The notes under the pieces were generated by a model, which worked only from the letters and a program-made list of their open reading frames with translations, made no database searches and had not been told where the DNA came from. Both the position numbers and the translations under genes were made by a program. 64,000 nucleotides of DNA from Octopus bimaculoides (lineage: Eukaryota), in NCBI RefSeq assembly GCF_001194135.2, contig NC_068982.1, positions 32,179,853-32,243,852 on the forward strand. Reading direction: 5' to 3'. Positions 25,838 through 38,642 of this stretch are shown here, piece after piece. Each line of letters begins with the position of its first letter. The stretch's first letter is position 1.

Positions 25838-26559
25838 TCCATTGACTATAAAGACAAGGTTAAACTTTTCAAAGTTATATATATAAGTGATAGATGAATT
25901 GGAAAAATTAAATGGAAAAGAGGTGTAAAGAGAAAAACCTTTATCTCCTCAGTCAGACTTGTTCAGTAACAACATTTAAATGTTTTTCACTGGGAAAGTT
26001 AATTCGAACTGGAAAGGTTTTGATTTGTAAAGATTTTGAATGAACTGTGAGAATATTTAAATCGTAACAATAACAGTAAAATTACTAATTTCTTTATAAT
26101 TCAGAGTAACAGTTGTACCATTGGTGATAAGCCAAGTTATGCCGAGATAAAAGTACAAAAATTGCTTATTATTATATCATGTGTCAGCTATCACTTCATT
26201 AGAATTCCAATAGTGACTTAGTTATCACACTTAGTGATCAGTAAAACTTAGTTATGCATACTTGCCATAAATGCAATTAACTCTTTTGACCTTTTAAAAT
26301 TATTAATGCACCATTTTCATTTCTTGTCCTTTCATTTCAATTATCCTCTCTTCTAAGTGTATTTAAGAATTCTGCTTCAGATTCAATATCTATAAATACA
26401 GTATTGGCCTGATAGTCAAATGGTTAAGCATGAAAAGTTGTAGAATTGATAATAATTAACCATTAATCTTTATTGTTTCTTTCCATCAGTCCAAAGAAGA
26501 TGTGCCATATTTGAGTTACAAAATTTCATTTTTCAAACAAAAAAAAAATTAATATATCT

Positions 26560-26765
26560 TATCTTTTACTTGTTTCAATCACTGGACTGCAGCCATTCTG
26601 TGGAACTGCCTAAAAAGCTTTAGACAAATAAACTCCAGTACTTATTTGTGTAAGTCTGGTACCTATTCTATCAGTCTATTTACAAGCTGTTAAGTTACGG
26701 GGATATAAACAAACCACTACTGGCTGTCGGGCAGTTGATAGGAAAAACACACACATACAAACATA
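26560..26765 (-). mobile_element. SINE family A 3' half
   Basis: TTTTACTTGTTTCAATCA..GCTGTTAAGTTACGGGG. Confidence 0.75.
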
Positions 26766-27068
26766 TGCATGCATGTGAATGTGTATATGTATGCCAACTC
26801 TGTGCAAGACATTGTAGATCTTTGGCTGGGCTAAAAAGTCACATTCGATCACAGCACCGTTAAGTTAAGCTTCGTGCAATGGCCATACTCGATAACGAGG
26901 GGGCAGCCATCATGTATGTATGTNNNNNNNNNNNNNNNNNNNNNNNNNNNNNNNNNNNNNNNNNNNNNNNNNNNNNNNNNNNNNNNNNNNNNNNNNNNNN
27001 NNNNNNNNNNNNNNNNNNNNNNNNNNNNNNNNNNNNNNNNTATATATATATTCATAGAATTTTTTCAA

Positions 27069-27141
27069 AGGCCAGATAACTGAAGAGATGGCAACGTGGG
27101 TTTCTGCCCTGACATCCGAAACTCGGAGTTTTATCATGCCT
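27069..27141 (+). ncRNA. Type I hammerhead ribozyme (GUU triplet)
   Basis: AGGC-ca-GATAA CTGAAGA GATG..CATC C GAAA CTCGGAG TT TTATC-at-GCCT: intact core, palindromic stem III ACTC-G-GAGT, 9-bp interrupted stem I. Confidence 0.75.
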
Positions 27142-27184
27142 ACCGAATAACTGTCACATATTATTTACAGATATATATATATAT

Positions 27185-27840
27185 GAATAATGTGTGAGAT
27201 CCTTGGTACAGTCGGGTATATTTGAAAAAGAAAAAGAATAACTTCACTGGTAATTCTAATTGGTTTAAATTATTATTTTTTAAATTTTTTAATAATATAA
27301 ATTTTAGTTCATAGATATAGTAAGTTCTTTTTTAACCTGGGTGTGGAGAATTTTTTTTTAAGTTTTCTTATTAACTTCTTTGGTGAACTTTCTTGCATTC
27401 GTTATTAAACAGATCAGGGTATTTGGGCTTTTGTGATTCTATATATGGGATTTTTCGTTTTGTTTGAGGTGGGGTTCAGGTTTGTTAATCAGTGTGGGAG
27501 TAAAAAAGTGTTGATGAATAATAGCTGAAAGAAAGTAGTGAATGGTCACCACAAGATACTTGATTCAGGTTGGAGTTAGGAGGTGGTGGGGTGTTAAAGG
27601 AGTGTTTTGTGAAGCCATTTGAATAGTTACCCTTTCATCAGAAATCTAATGACCAGATGTCTTCCCAAATTCTTTCTTTTAGTCATTTTCTCTGTTTTAG
27701 GTGTGTGTGTCTGGGGGGGGGGTGTTAACGAGGTGTAAGATACATGTATTTTGATAAAAATGTTTGTTGATAGAAGTGTTTTATTTTATATGTATTTTGG
27801 TTTGGGAGTGGATGTTAGGGAGGACCATACTAGCTCATAC
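27185..27840 (-). mobile_element. Possible Penelope-like 3' remnant in opposite orientation
   Basis: Minus strand KERIWEDIWSLDF..KGNY resembles a GIY-YIG C-terminus, followed by a C/A-rich tail like 7903-8200; heavily decayed. Confidence 0.3.
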
Positions 27841-27919
27841 TTATTTCCCTATAAATAAAATCTATATATACATTTCTCTATAAATAAAATTTCCATATAA
27901 ATAAAATGTATATATCCAT

Positions 27920-28085
<166 letters not shown>

Positions 28086-28227
28086 GCCTACACCTGTTTG
28101 TTGTTTACACACCTGTCTTCGTCTTTTGTTTTTTCATCTAATTTAAATCTGGCGGCGATAATGCTAGCTTCTTTATTAATTTCGTTATAAATTTGTGGCC
28201 TAGCTTTGGTGTAATTATTGACGATGA

Positions 28228-29620
28228 TGTTGTGTAGGAGCGAGATTTACGCAATTCGATATTGTCGATTTCCATGCCTCTATCTTTAATGAACTGCTAG
28301 ATAAAGCCCTCATCTTCGCAAGCGAATTTATAGAAATTAGTACACAAGATAAGGAAATAATCTTCCATGCTAGAAAGACTTTACTCTTCAGTGAGAACGC
28401 AGAGTGGGTCAACACTACCGATACAGAGGGTCCTTTCGATGTGAGCATGGGGTCATATGATGGAGCTGGCATATGCGATCTCATTGGACTATTCCTACTC
28501 GATACGTTGGGTAAGACTTTTCCTGACGTATATTTCGCCATTTACAAAGATGATGCCCTAGCTTTAACCGCAAATACCAATGGACCAGCACAAGATCGGT
28601 TTAGGAAGGACATTATCCAAATGATGAAAACTTTGGGCCTTAGCATAACTACAGATACCAACTTGACAGTTGTCAATTTCCTAGATGCATCCTTAAATTT
28701 AAATAAGAATATTTATAAACCTTATAGGAAGCCCAACGATAAACTTAGTTATATTAATGTGGGTTCTTGCCATCCCCGCCCATAGTGTTTAAAAATTTAG
28801 TTAAAAACATTAGCAAAATAATTTCTAGCCTCTCCTCCGATAGGGACATTTTTAATAGCGTTGACCCAGCATATAATAATGCTCTAAAAGATAGTGGATT
28901 TAGCGAGGAAATAACCTACACACCTGTCACCAGTCCAATAATAAAGAAAAGGAAACATAAGAATAGGAAAACTATCTGGTTCACACAACCCTACTCCCCC
29001 GAAGTGACCTTTAATATAGGTAAGTATTTCTTAGCATTGATAGATAGACATTTTCCAGTCAATTATAGTTACAAAAAGCTTTTCAATAGACATAATTTAA
29101 AAATCAGTTTCAGCTCAGCTACTAATTTTAAAAATATAATCGCACACAACACGCAAAAAACACAAAATGAAACCTGCTGTTCATACAGAGATAAAAATTT
29201 GTGTCCGCCAAATGGAGCTTTCACATCCGAGACCATCATTTATGAAGCCACCGTAGACTCTACAACCACTAAGGATACAGTTTCGACAAAGAAATATGTG
29301 GGCCTTACAGAGGGGAATTTCAAGGCCAGGTTCAACAATCACACGTTGAGCTTCAAGCACTGGGATAAAAGGAAAACGACCAAACTATCCAGTCATATAT
29401 GATCCTTAAGAGATAAAGGTATCAATTACAACATCCATTGGAAGATCTTAGCCAAGCGTAAGCCTTACACCAACGGCAGAGGAAAGTGCGGTCTTTGTGA
29501 TATGGAAAGATGGCTCATCTCGAAAAGCATCTTAGACCCCCGCTATATGTCTAGATTCAAAAACTGAACTTTTTGGATCATGTCCACATATGGCTAAATA
29601 TTTATTACGTTTCTGGTCCC
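28228..29620 (+). mobile_element. Penelope-like retroelement, 5'-truncated RT plus C-terminal GIY-YIG endonuclease (pseudo-ORF)
   Basis: FDIVDFHASI, FDVSMGSYDGA, YKDD, VVNFLD, KPYRKPND, WFTQPYS, CCS..CPPNG, IIYEATV..KYVGLTEGNFKARFNNH, HWKIL, CGLCDME; frameshift near 28770, TGA at 29400. Confidence 0.92.
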
Positions 29621-29859
29621 CCACCCACCCTGCCCAAGATCACAGATAGAACCTGCTTTTAATATTGTATCCACACACAAGCATTTTATCTCTCTATACT
29701 TTTTATATATATATTTTATATATTTTTTTACATATTTTCTACATATTTAGAGATATATTTTTATATTTTTATTGCTTTATATATTTTTATACATTTTTTT
29801 TTATATTCTACCTTTCTCCCTGCATTTTTCTTGTGCATGTGCGTATATATACGTGTATA

Positions 29860-30170
29860 TGAACTTTTTGTGCGTGCATGCGCGTGTGTTAGTGTGTGTG
29901 CTGGTATGTATATATGTGCATGTATATGTACATGTGTATGGTTGCATATATACGTGGGTGTACATGCGAGTGTTCCACGCGAGTCTAGGTGAGCATATGC
30001 ATATATAGCATGTACGCATGTACGCATGTACGTATTTTAGCCGTGTATCAGAATATAACTGTGCGCCTGTGTGTGTCTGTGTGTGTGCGGATATACATAT
30101 GTGTACATTGTGTGTGTGCGTGCGTGTATGTATATGTCTATATATACATGATTATGTACATGTGTATGGT

Positions 30171-30237
<67 letters not shown>

Positions 30238-30560
30238 ATATATATATATGTGTGGGTGTACATGCATATGTTTCACGCGAGTGTGAGTGAGCATATAGCA
30301 TGTGCGTATTTTTAGACGTGTATTTGAATATAAGTGTGCTCGTATGGCTATGTGTACATGTGTGTGCGTGCGCGCGTGTGTATGGATGTGTATACGTGTA
30401 CAAGCATGGTTGCATATATATGTGCATCTATTGGTGTATGTGTGGGTGCGCGTATATGTGTTTCATGCGAGTGTGAGTGAGCATATACATGTAGGCACAT
30501 GCGCGTGGGTGTGCGTGCGCGATGTGTATGTATGTACATACGCGCATACGCGATTGCTAT
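29860..30560. repeat. Three-copy higher-order repeat built on (TG/TA)n background
   Basis: CATG(T)GTATGGTTGCATATATA..GTGGGTG..CA.GCGAGT.T..GTGAGCATAT recurs at about 29931, 30160-30300 and 30404. Confidence 0.7.
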
Positions 30561-30673
30561 GAGCATTTTTACTTCTTTAGATTTTACTTACTCCCATTCG
30601 GATTTTTCCCCTTATTTAACGGTCATTCTAATAGCTCCCCTTTGTTTAACGGTCATTTCATAGCATATTTTGA

Positions 30674-30748
30674 TTGCCTCAATAACTGAAGAGATGCCGG
30701 AGCAGGTTTTCGTCCCGACATCCGAAACTCGGAGTCTTATTGTGGCAA
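30674..30748 (+). ncRNA. Type I hammerhead ribozyme (GUC triplet), best copy
   Basis: TTGCC-t-CAATAA CTGAAGA GATG..CATC C GAAA CTCGGAG TC TTATTG-t-GGCAA: intact core, 11-bp stem I, cleavage predicted after 30736. Confidence 0.85.
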
Positions 30749-31059
30749 CTGAGTATTGTCACATATTATATTATGTATATTTCATTTTGGGATTTGGTTT
30801 GCAAGGTTCTTTATGTGAGTTCGTGTGTTGAAGCATATTCTGTTGTGTCTGGGGAGAGCCATTTTCTTTTTGTGCCTTATAATTTAACTTAACACACTCA
30901 CCAGTGAGTGTGTTAAATTATAAGGCACAAAAGACACAACCGAATATTATATACATACACACACACACACACATATATATATATAACCCATACCAGCATG
31001 GAATAGAGACATCGATGTTGATGAGGAGGAGGAGGAGGGGGAGGGGTGGTTCTGACAGT

Positions 31060-31195
31060 TTCTCTATCAAATTCCCTTATAAGCATTGAGCATCATGCGT
31101 TATAGTGTAGAAGACACTTCCCACAGGCAATATGCAGTGGAACTGAACCCACAACTACATGGCTGCAAAATGGGTTTCTTAAGCACATAGCCATC
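31060..31195 (-). mobile_element. SINE family A head, decayed
   Basis: TAGAAGACACTT..GTGGAACTGAACCC..ACATAGCCA. Confidence 0.6.
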
Positions 31196-31997
31196 CCCTT
31201 ATACCTTTTATATTAATATTTAGTAAAAATATCATATGAGTTTTATAAAAGTCTAATTTATTTCACTACAATGATAATCCATGCTGAAAATAAATAAAAG
31301 TTTTGGCATAATTCAATAGATAATATAAAGCAAAATAGAATAGAATATCCATTGCGTTCATAATATATACCTGCACATATTTATTTGATGATATGCCATA
31401 CTTAAAGCTTTGGCATTTAATAATTCTAAGAGGAAAGAATTTTCCAAGAACTGAGATGCATCAATAAATTTCAGTTGCATTGTAATTCATTTAACATACA
31501 TACTTAATTCTTATACATATTTAATTCTCAAAAAATTTTCTGCACTTCCCAAAAGAAGAAACTTCAAAATCTTACTTTTCATACATAATAGTGACCCACT
31601 TTCTGAAAAATAGATGTGAAACAGCATCTTAAAAAAAGCAACATTTCATTCTGCAAATTGATAAAATCCTATATGCTAAAATAGTGCTCTTTTTGTAAAA
31701 CTTATATCAGAAAGTATTTTTATCATGTATAAACTTCATATTATTATACACTTGAAATAAAACATTACTTCTTCTTAGAAACAAACAGGGGAATACAACA
31801 TACAACTTATATTGAAAAATAAGACCCTTCCCTGTGTAGATATGAGTAGATACAAATGGATAGATATATCAGATTTTAAAGTGCTTACATGTATACACAC
31901 ACACACACACACACATACACACATACGTATGTGTGTGTTTGTAGGTATGAATTATGTATGTGTATATAGATATATATATATATATATACATGCACAC

Positions 31998-32093
<96 letters not shown>

Positions 32094-32904
32094 CCATATG
32101 CGCACACATATACACACATATATTGTATGTGTGTGTGTATCCAACACAACTCAATATAGAAACATTTAAAACCAATATGAATTAAATGCTTATGTATACA
32201 TATATTTGTATGAATGTGTGTGTGTATGTGTGGGTGGTTTAGAATGTATACATATAATATACCAAACACTGAAGTCTTCCTATTCCAAGCAAATGCTTTT
32301 AATCTCTACTTCAATTCCCATTACACAACTCGTAGGATGGAGACCTTGAGAAACATCTTCCCATGCCAATTTTGCCTTCTTCATCAATAAATATACACAT
32401 ATCCAGAAAGCATTATTGCATACCAACACTGCCAACACTAAATAAAAACAAAAATAACTAGAACCCTTAAAGTTGCTACACTACAACTGGGAATGCATAT
32501 GTTCTCTCCTGGTGAACACACATCCTCAATGACACCAAAACTGCACCACAAAGACTCGCATTCCTCCTCAAAGCTATGAAATTCTTCAATCTCCAAAATA
32601 TATTCTTTTAAATTTTTACTAAGTTCAGATAGAACATGGAATGGAGGACTGTTCCCACACATTTCCCACACATGTAGGCAATCAGCGCAGGAAAACAAAG
32701 CAGGCCACTTAATGGATGCATATGAAACAGCTCACCAACACATACTTCTGACCCACAGATATTTTGTGCCCTCACTCTGCCATTTCTCCTACCACTACAG
32801 TCACCTCTGCTCTTCAGAGGTGGTTGGTTTCATGCCACCTCTACTCAAGCCTTTCCAGCTCACTTGACTCTTCTCTCATTACCAATACTGCATCTGTGAT
32901 GCAG

Positions 32905-33212
32905 TGTGGCATAGTGGTTAGAGTATTTGGCTCATGGTTGTAAGGCTATGAGTTTGACTCCTGGTGTCACATTGTGCCCTTGAGCAAGACACTTTATTTC
33001 ATGTTGTTTCAATTCACTCAGCTGGTAAGAGTAGTACCTGTATTTCAAAAAGCCAGCCTTGTCACACTCTGTGGCACATTAAATCTCTTTGAGAACTACA
33101 TTAAGGGTACACATATCTGTTGAGTACTCATCCACATGCATATTAATTTCACAGCAGCCTGTTCCATTGATTGGATCAACTGGAACACTCATTGCTTCAG
33201 CCAACAGAGTAC
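32905..33212 (+). mobile_element. SINE family C, near full length
   Basis: A/B-box-like head TGGCATAGTGGTTAG..GAGTTTGACTCC, CTTGAGCAAGACACTTTATTTC, tail GATTGGATCAACTGGAAC. Confidence 0.8.
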
Positions 33213-33717
33213 CAGATTTTTTTATGCTACATCTACAATCCACACCACCACATTAACCCCCTACACTCAATCATTCCTGTCCAAAATATTAGACGTTCAT
33301 GAATTCTCTCCCTGTAAACATTGTGTAGATGACTGTTGAGTGAAACATTCCTGTTCTTGAATGGTAGCTGCAACCTATCACTTAGTTTAATACAATTGCC
33401 TGTCTTTATTGATAGAATCTATACCATTGCAAGAATTTTCCACATTTACAATCTGAAGATAACTTCTTCCTTTCCTTCCAACAATCCCATAAACAAAAAA
33501 GTGCATATAAGCATCTTTAATTCTTTTCAGAGTGCACATCTTTATTCAACATCTATATTAACATTTTGCAGTTTGCCTTGTCATCATTCATCTCCTGATG
33601 TGTATTACATGAGACAGATTACACTACTCAATTCACATGAATTAAGTATTTTAAATCAAATATTTCTTTAAGCTATCTACCAACTGAACAACTTTGAATT
33701 CTTACAGAGTCTTTATA

Positions 33718-34124
33718 TGATGGGGTGCTGAATAGTTCTTCGCTTTAAGGGTATCATGAAGGCCTACCTGAAGGCCCAACCTTCTGGGTTCTTTTACAGG
33801 GCTTAGAAAAACGTAAGTACCACTTCAATAATTCAATAGGTGTGTGAATTTGAGAAGGGAATATGTAGAATAAAATCATAATTAACTGATCCTACTGTGG
33901 TTTCTTTTACCCAGCTCTTACTAACCACTCATCTATCCCTAGGCTCCACATTAACCATTAGATAAAGGATCGGGGGATCCTGTCAAAGGATCCAAGTCAA
34001 CAAAAGCCAAGTACAGAGGACCACAGCAGCAAGTGAGAGGATAATATGTTATATAAAATCATAATTAAGTGATCCTCCTGTATTTTCTTTTATCCAAAGC
34101 CAGGAACTTTTCAGCATACCCTCA
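33718..34124 (+). mobile_element. Non-autonomous mariner derivative
   Basis: TIRs TA-TGATGGGGTGCTGAATAGTTC / GAACTTTTCAGCATACCCTCA-TA; transposase C-terminal remnant GLEK..CVNLRREYVE*; subterminal block present twice (33868, 34053). Confidence 0.7.
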
Positions 34125-34946
34125 TAGATTAATGGTTGTCCAATTCTCACGAGACAACTATTGACATAAATGTAAGAAAGTCTATTCACTCTACAGACTT
34201 TCTTTTCGTCACCTCGCTGTATATTTCGCTCCCCTGTGACATTCAACACTTCCCTAATAGATATTAAATTCATTTCATCTTTGAAGTACTGGTAATGTAT
34301 ATCTTGTTTAAGATCAATATCAAAGTCCAGAATGAGTAACTTTTGTCATATGCACATGAACTTTCATACCAACTACATACTAACTTGCACATGTGTGCAA
34401 CAGACTATTTTGCCTGCAGATACTGCAAATCTGTCGAATTAAAGATATACTTACTTACATGCACACATACATACATACATACATACATACATACATACAC
34501 ACATGCATATATACATACATACACACACATATATACTTATATATACAACTGTGTGTGTATGTATATGTATGCATATTTATATATATTCATACGTACATAT
34601 ATACATACACATATATATAATGTATTTATGTATATACATATATATGTGTGTGTATGTATGTATGTATGTATGTATGTATGCATGTATGTATGTAGATATA
34701 TTCTTTTACTTTTATTCTTTTGCTTGTTTCGGTCATTTGACTGCAGCCATATNNNNNNNNNNNNNNNNNNNNNNNNNNNNNNNNNNNNNNNNNNNNNNNN
34801 NNNNNNNNNNNNNNNNNNNNNNNNNNNNNNNNNNNNNNNNNNNNNAGTGTGGCTGACCCCTAGGGGTGGATGTTACTGTTGCTTTTAGCCCCAGGAGGAC
34901 ATCTCCTCCAGCTGGCTTATCGACACACGACTGTGTCCTGTTTGCC

Positions 34947-35014
34947 AAGGGAAGTTATCCCTCTCACCTCGATCTGCAGCACGAACGTATCCGGATTTCA
35001 GGGTTATTTCCCTT
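34947..35014. repeat. Short inverted repeat (possible mini-MITE)
   Basis: AAGGGAAGTTATCCCT ... AGGGTTATTTCCCTT. Confidence 0.35.
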
Positions 35015-35509
35015 CGTTGGCGCCCGATAGCTGCTGACCTTGGTGAGAGAGACAAAAACCTGGCAATCTTATATCTTCTTTTCCAGTGAAATTCTTCACT
35101 GATATCGAAAAGGTGAAAACAAGCAATGTTAATTCTCTAAATGAAGTATTAACAGTAACTGCACGATAAAGTGTAGTATATTGCCACTTAATCGCAGTGT
35201 ACAGTATCATATATTCATTACAGCTCATCTTACAATTTGGTTTTATACTAGAGATTCAACAGTGCTAGTTCAGAGTGTAACCCTGTGCTCATCAGAGCTA
35301 GTTATTATGGAATGAAACATATATATATATGTATTATAATGGGTTTCTATAAATCTGCTATGAGTTAATTTCACTGATGATGCATTGATCAGCCTGACTC
35401 ATTTATTGAAGACATGCTTATGATGCTTTATGATGGAAACAAACCTGAAAGCATGCAGATAATTAACAAGTTCTTCATATATGTAAATTTGTGTGTGTGT
35501 GTGTGTGTA

Positions 35510-35860
35510 TCTTTTATCATTGACTTGATTCAACCATTAGACTGTGGCCATACTGGGGCATCACCTTCAACAATTTTAGTCAAACAAATTAACCCAGTAC
35601 TTAGAATTTGTTTAACAACTTGGATTTATTTTATGTCTTTCTTTTGCTGGTTATCAAAAGGTAGTAGATGTGGGGGACAAACACAGACACAAAGACATAC
35701 ATATATGTATGCATACAATGGCCTTCTTTCAGTTTCCATCTACCAAATCCACTCACAAGGCTTTGGTCAGTTTGTGGCTATTGTAGAAGACACCTGCCCA
35801 TGGTGCCACTCAGTGGAACAGTATCCACAACTATGTGGCTTGGAAGCAAACTTCCCCATA
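35510..35860 (-). mobile_element. SINE family A, decayed
   Basis: GACTGTGGCCATACTGG..CTTTCAGTTTCCATCTACCAAATCCACTCACAAGGCTTTGG. Confidence 0.8.
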
Positions 35861-35877
35861 TCTAAACATTAATAATG

Positions 35878-36092
35878 GTTTCAAACTTTGCTACACAGCT
35901 AGCAATTTTGCTTTTAGGAGATATGCTAAGTCGATTACATCAACCCCAGTGTTCAACCAATATTTATTTTATCAACACCAAAATGATAAAAGGCAAAGTC
36001 GACCTTGATGGCATTTGAACACTGAACATAAAGCCAGAACAATAGATGCTGCTAAGTATTTCATCCAGTATGCTAATGATTCTGTCAGCTCA
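35878..36092 (-). mobile_element. SINE family B
   Basis: GTCGATTACATCAACCCCAGTG..AAAGGCAAAGTCGACC..GATTCTGTCAGCTC. Confidence 0.8.
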
Positions 36093-37282
36093 TAACCTTC
36101 ATCTAATCATTAATAATAACATAATATGAAATATAATACATATTACTGCTACTTTAAAGAATGATATTGAGAACAGCATTAGTTTGAAAGAGGAGTTTGA
36201 TTGCTAAAGTTCACTGAGAGGTGGTAATGAAACTAGAAACTGGAGAGTGAATAGATTTTGATCTATACATCTCCTAAGCTTAATAGCATTCCATGTTTAG
36301 TAAACTTCAAGACAAAAAGAAAAGAGGTTCTCTTCTATTCTACAACACACATTCTTAGCAAAGCATGACATACTTACAGCAATAAAATAACACTAGTTTA
36401 TCCAACAGAGTACAATGGCTTCCTTGACCAACATGCATATTTAGTGATTCAGTATGGAAATATTCACCTAAGGTAATTCAACCATTATTGTGTATCTTTT
36501 ATTTTATGAATAATCTACAAAATTTACTTCCTATTTTGTCATTCATTCCTAACAATGTGACCAAAATCGGCCAAACTAAATATGCATTTCATACTTGGGA
36601 TACTAAAACTAATTACCATTTTGGTATGGTAAACAAGAAGGTTACACATGAATGGACAAACCAAAAACCTTCTAAAGCAATCATTATGGTTCAGAGTAAG
36701 GAGTGAAGAGACAAATGACAATAAAGGCAACAATGGTAATGTTGATGATCATGATGGTAAGGATGATTGTGATCATGTTGTGATTGGTGATGATCTTGAT
36801 AATGATCAGAAAGATAAAGAGATAGTGGAGGATGGCAGGGATTGCAGTATTGTGCTTAACTTCTTTCAGATATTCTTGCAAAATTAGCTTCGATTACTAT
36901 CCATGTAATCCATCTATGATTAACTGAACTGATTGGGTGCTTTAGCAGAAAACGGGTACTCTTTTTATTGAATGAAGCCTAACAGCAAATAAAATATGCC
37001 TAAAAGGATATGGTGATGATATTTCCAGGAATTAGAGAGTTAAACACAAGGAATTCCAAAGTTCCAGAGTTCATTAATTTGGTATAAATCATTAAAAAAT
37101 AACCAGAAGTAAAGAGGCTTCATGAAGAACTGATATAGTAAAATCTCACCATGGACTAAGACTTACCAATGAAAGTCATGCTGGATACATTTTTTGGTCA
37201 GAATTAAACAAGCACACTTCAGAGTTCTAGCCTTGTTAGCCATATATTCTATCAATATCATTTGTTTATTGATTTTTATTCA

Positions 37283-37446
37283 AGAAAATTACTTCCAAAC
37301 CACATGGTTCCAGGTTCAGTCCCACTGCATGGCATCTTGGATAAGTGCCTTCCATTATCGCCCCAGACTGACCTAAGCCTTATGAGTGGATTTGGTAGAC
37401 AGAAACTAAAAGAAGCCCATCGTGTGTGTGTGTGTGTGCGTGTGTT

Positions 37447-37477
<31 letters not shown>

Positions 37478-37500
37478 GTGTTTGTGTGTATGTGTGTTTG

Positions 37501-37535
<35 letters not shown>

Positions 37536-37763
37536 GCATCTTTGTATCTGTGCCCGTTTTTGTGTCTGTGTTTGTCTCTCCACCCCACCACCACTTGACA
37601 ACTGATGCTGGCATGTTTATGTTCCCATAACTTAGCAGTTTGGCATAAGACACTGATAGAATAAGTACCGGAGCCAATACATTCAGCTAAAAATTCTTCA
37701 TCACAGTGCCCCAGCCTGGTCTCAGACTTATGACTGAAACAAATAAAAGATAAGAGATAAAAG
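37283..37763 (+). mobile_element. SINE family A with expanded (TG)n
   Basis: CCACATGGTTCCAGGTTCAGTCCCACTGC head; GACTGAAACAAATAAAAG tail. Confidence 0.88.
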
Positions 37764-37769
37764 ATCCAA

Positions 37770-37982
37770 GGGCAGTGAACTGGCAGAAGTTAGCATATCA
37801 GGTAAAATTCTTAGTTGTGTTTCTTCTGGTGTTTTATGCTCTAAGTTTGAATTCTTCTGAAGTTGACTATGCTTTTCATCTGTTCAGAGTCAATAAAATA
37901 AGTGTCAAAGTGTTGATTGCGTGTAATCAATTTACCCCGCTTCTAAAATTGCGAGCTTTGCACCAAAATTTGAAACCATATT
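37770..37982 (+). mobile_element. SINE family B, decayed
   Basis: GGCAGTGAACTGGCAGAA..GTTGACTATGCTTTTCATC. Confidence 0.7.
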
Positions 37983-38419
37983 TTATTCATAAGGTCTTTT
38001 TTTCTTTCAGTTGATGTACCTTTCATATAGTCAAATCTTCACTAATCAGCAATATCCATAATCCACCAAACGATCATATATCCTATCTCTAAAACTGTTG
38101 TTATTATATATAACATCAGGGTGGATAAAAAGGAAATTTTTCTAACCACCCTGATAAAGGAGGCTCTAGATTTTACCAATGTTATTTCCTTTCATTATTG
38201 GCAGCAAATTTTTGATGAGCTAATCCGCAAACGTTATGAAGTAACTCTAAGCCCTCAGAAACAGCTGTTGAACTTGTAATGCCTTCTCTTCTCTAATTCT
38301 TTGGGTCTATGTAATCTAAGTAAGTTTGCTCTATTAAAAAATGTATTTATACTTGACTGTTAATCAACTGAAAATTTTAAGTCTGCCTTCTCTTTTTACA
38401 TATATACATGTATACTCTC

Positions 38420-38642
38420 TCTTTTACTAACTAATCTTGTTTCACTCATTTGACTGCGGCCATGCTGGAGCACTGCCTTTAGTCGAGAAAATCGCCCCCA
38501 GGACTTATTCTTTGTAAGCCTAGTACTTATTCTATCAGTCTCTTTTTGTCGAATCACTAAGTTACGGGGACATAAGCACACCAGCATCAGCTGTCAAACG
38601 ATGCTGGGGGGGGACAAACACACACACACACACACACACACA
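38420..38642 (-). mobile_element. SINE family A 3' half, truncated by gap
   Basis: Near identical to 42270-42480. Confidence 0.88.

Noticed and set aside
29400-29402. In-frame TGA in the PLE endonuclease as selenocysteine recoding
   Set aside because: It falls at a position that looks like a conserved Trp (TGG to TGA), not Cys; other frameshifts show the copy is dead
32440-32700. Possible PLE RT fragment (FLLKAMKFFNLQNIFFKF)
   Set aside because: Only one weak motif and no DD motif found
35255-35305. Minus-strand CTGATGAGCAC..TGAACTAGC motif
   Set aside because: Core, stem II and cleavage site are all imperfect; could be a very old relic but unsupported
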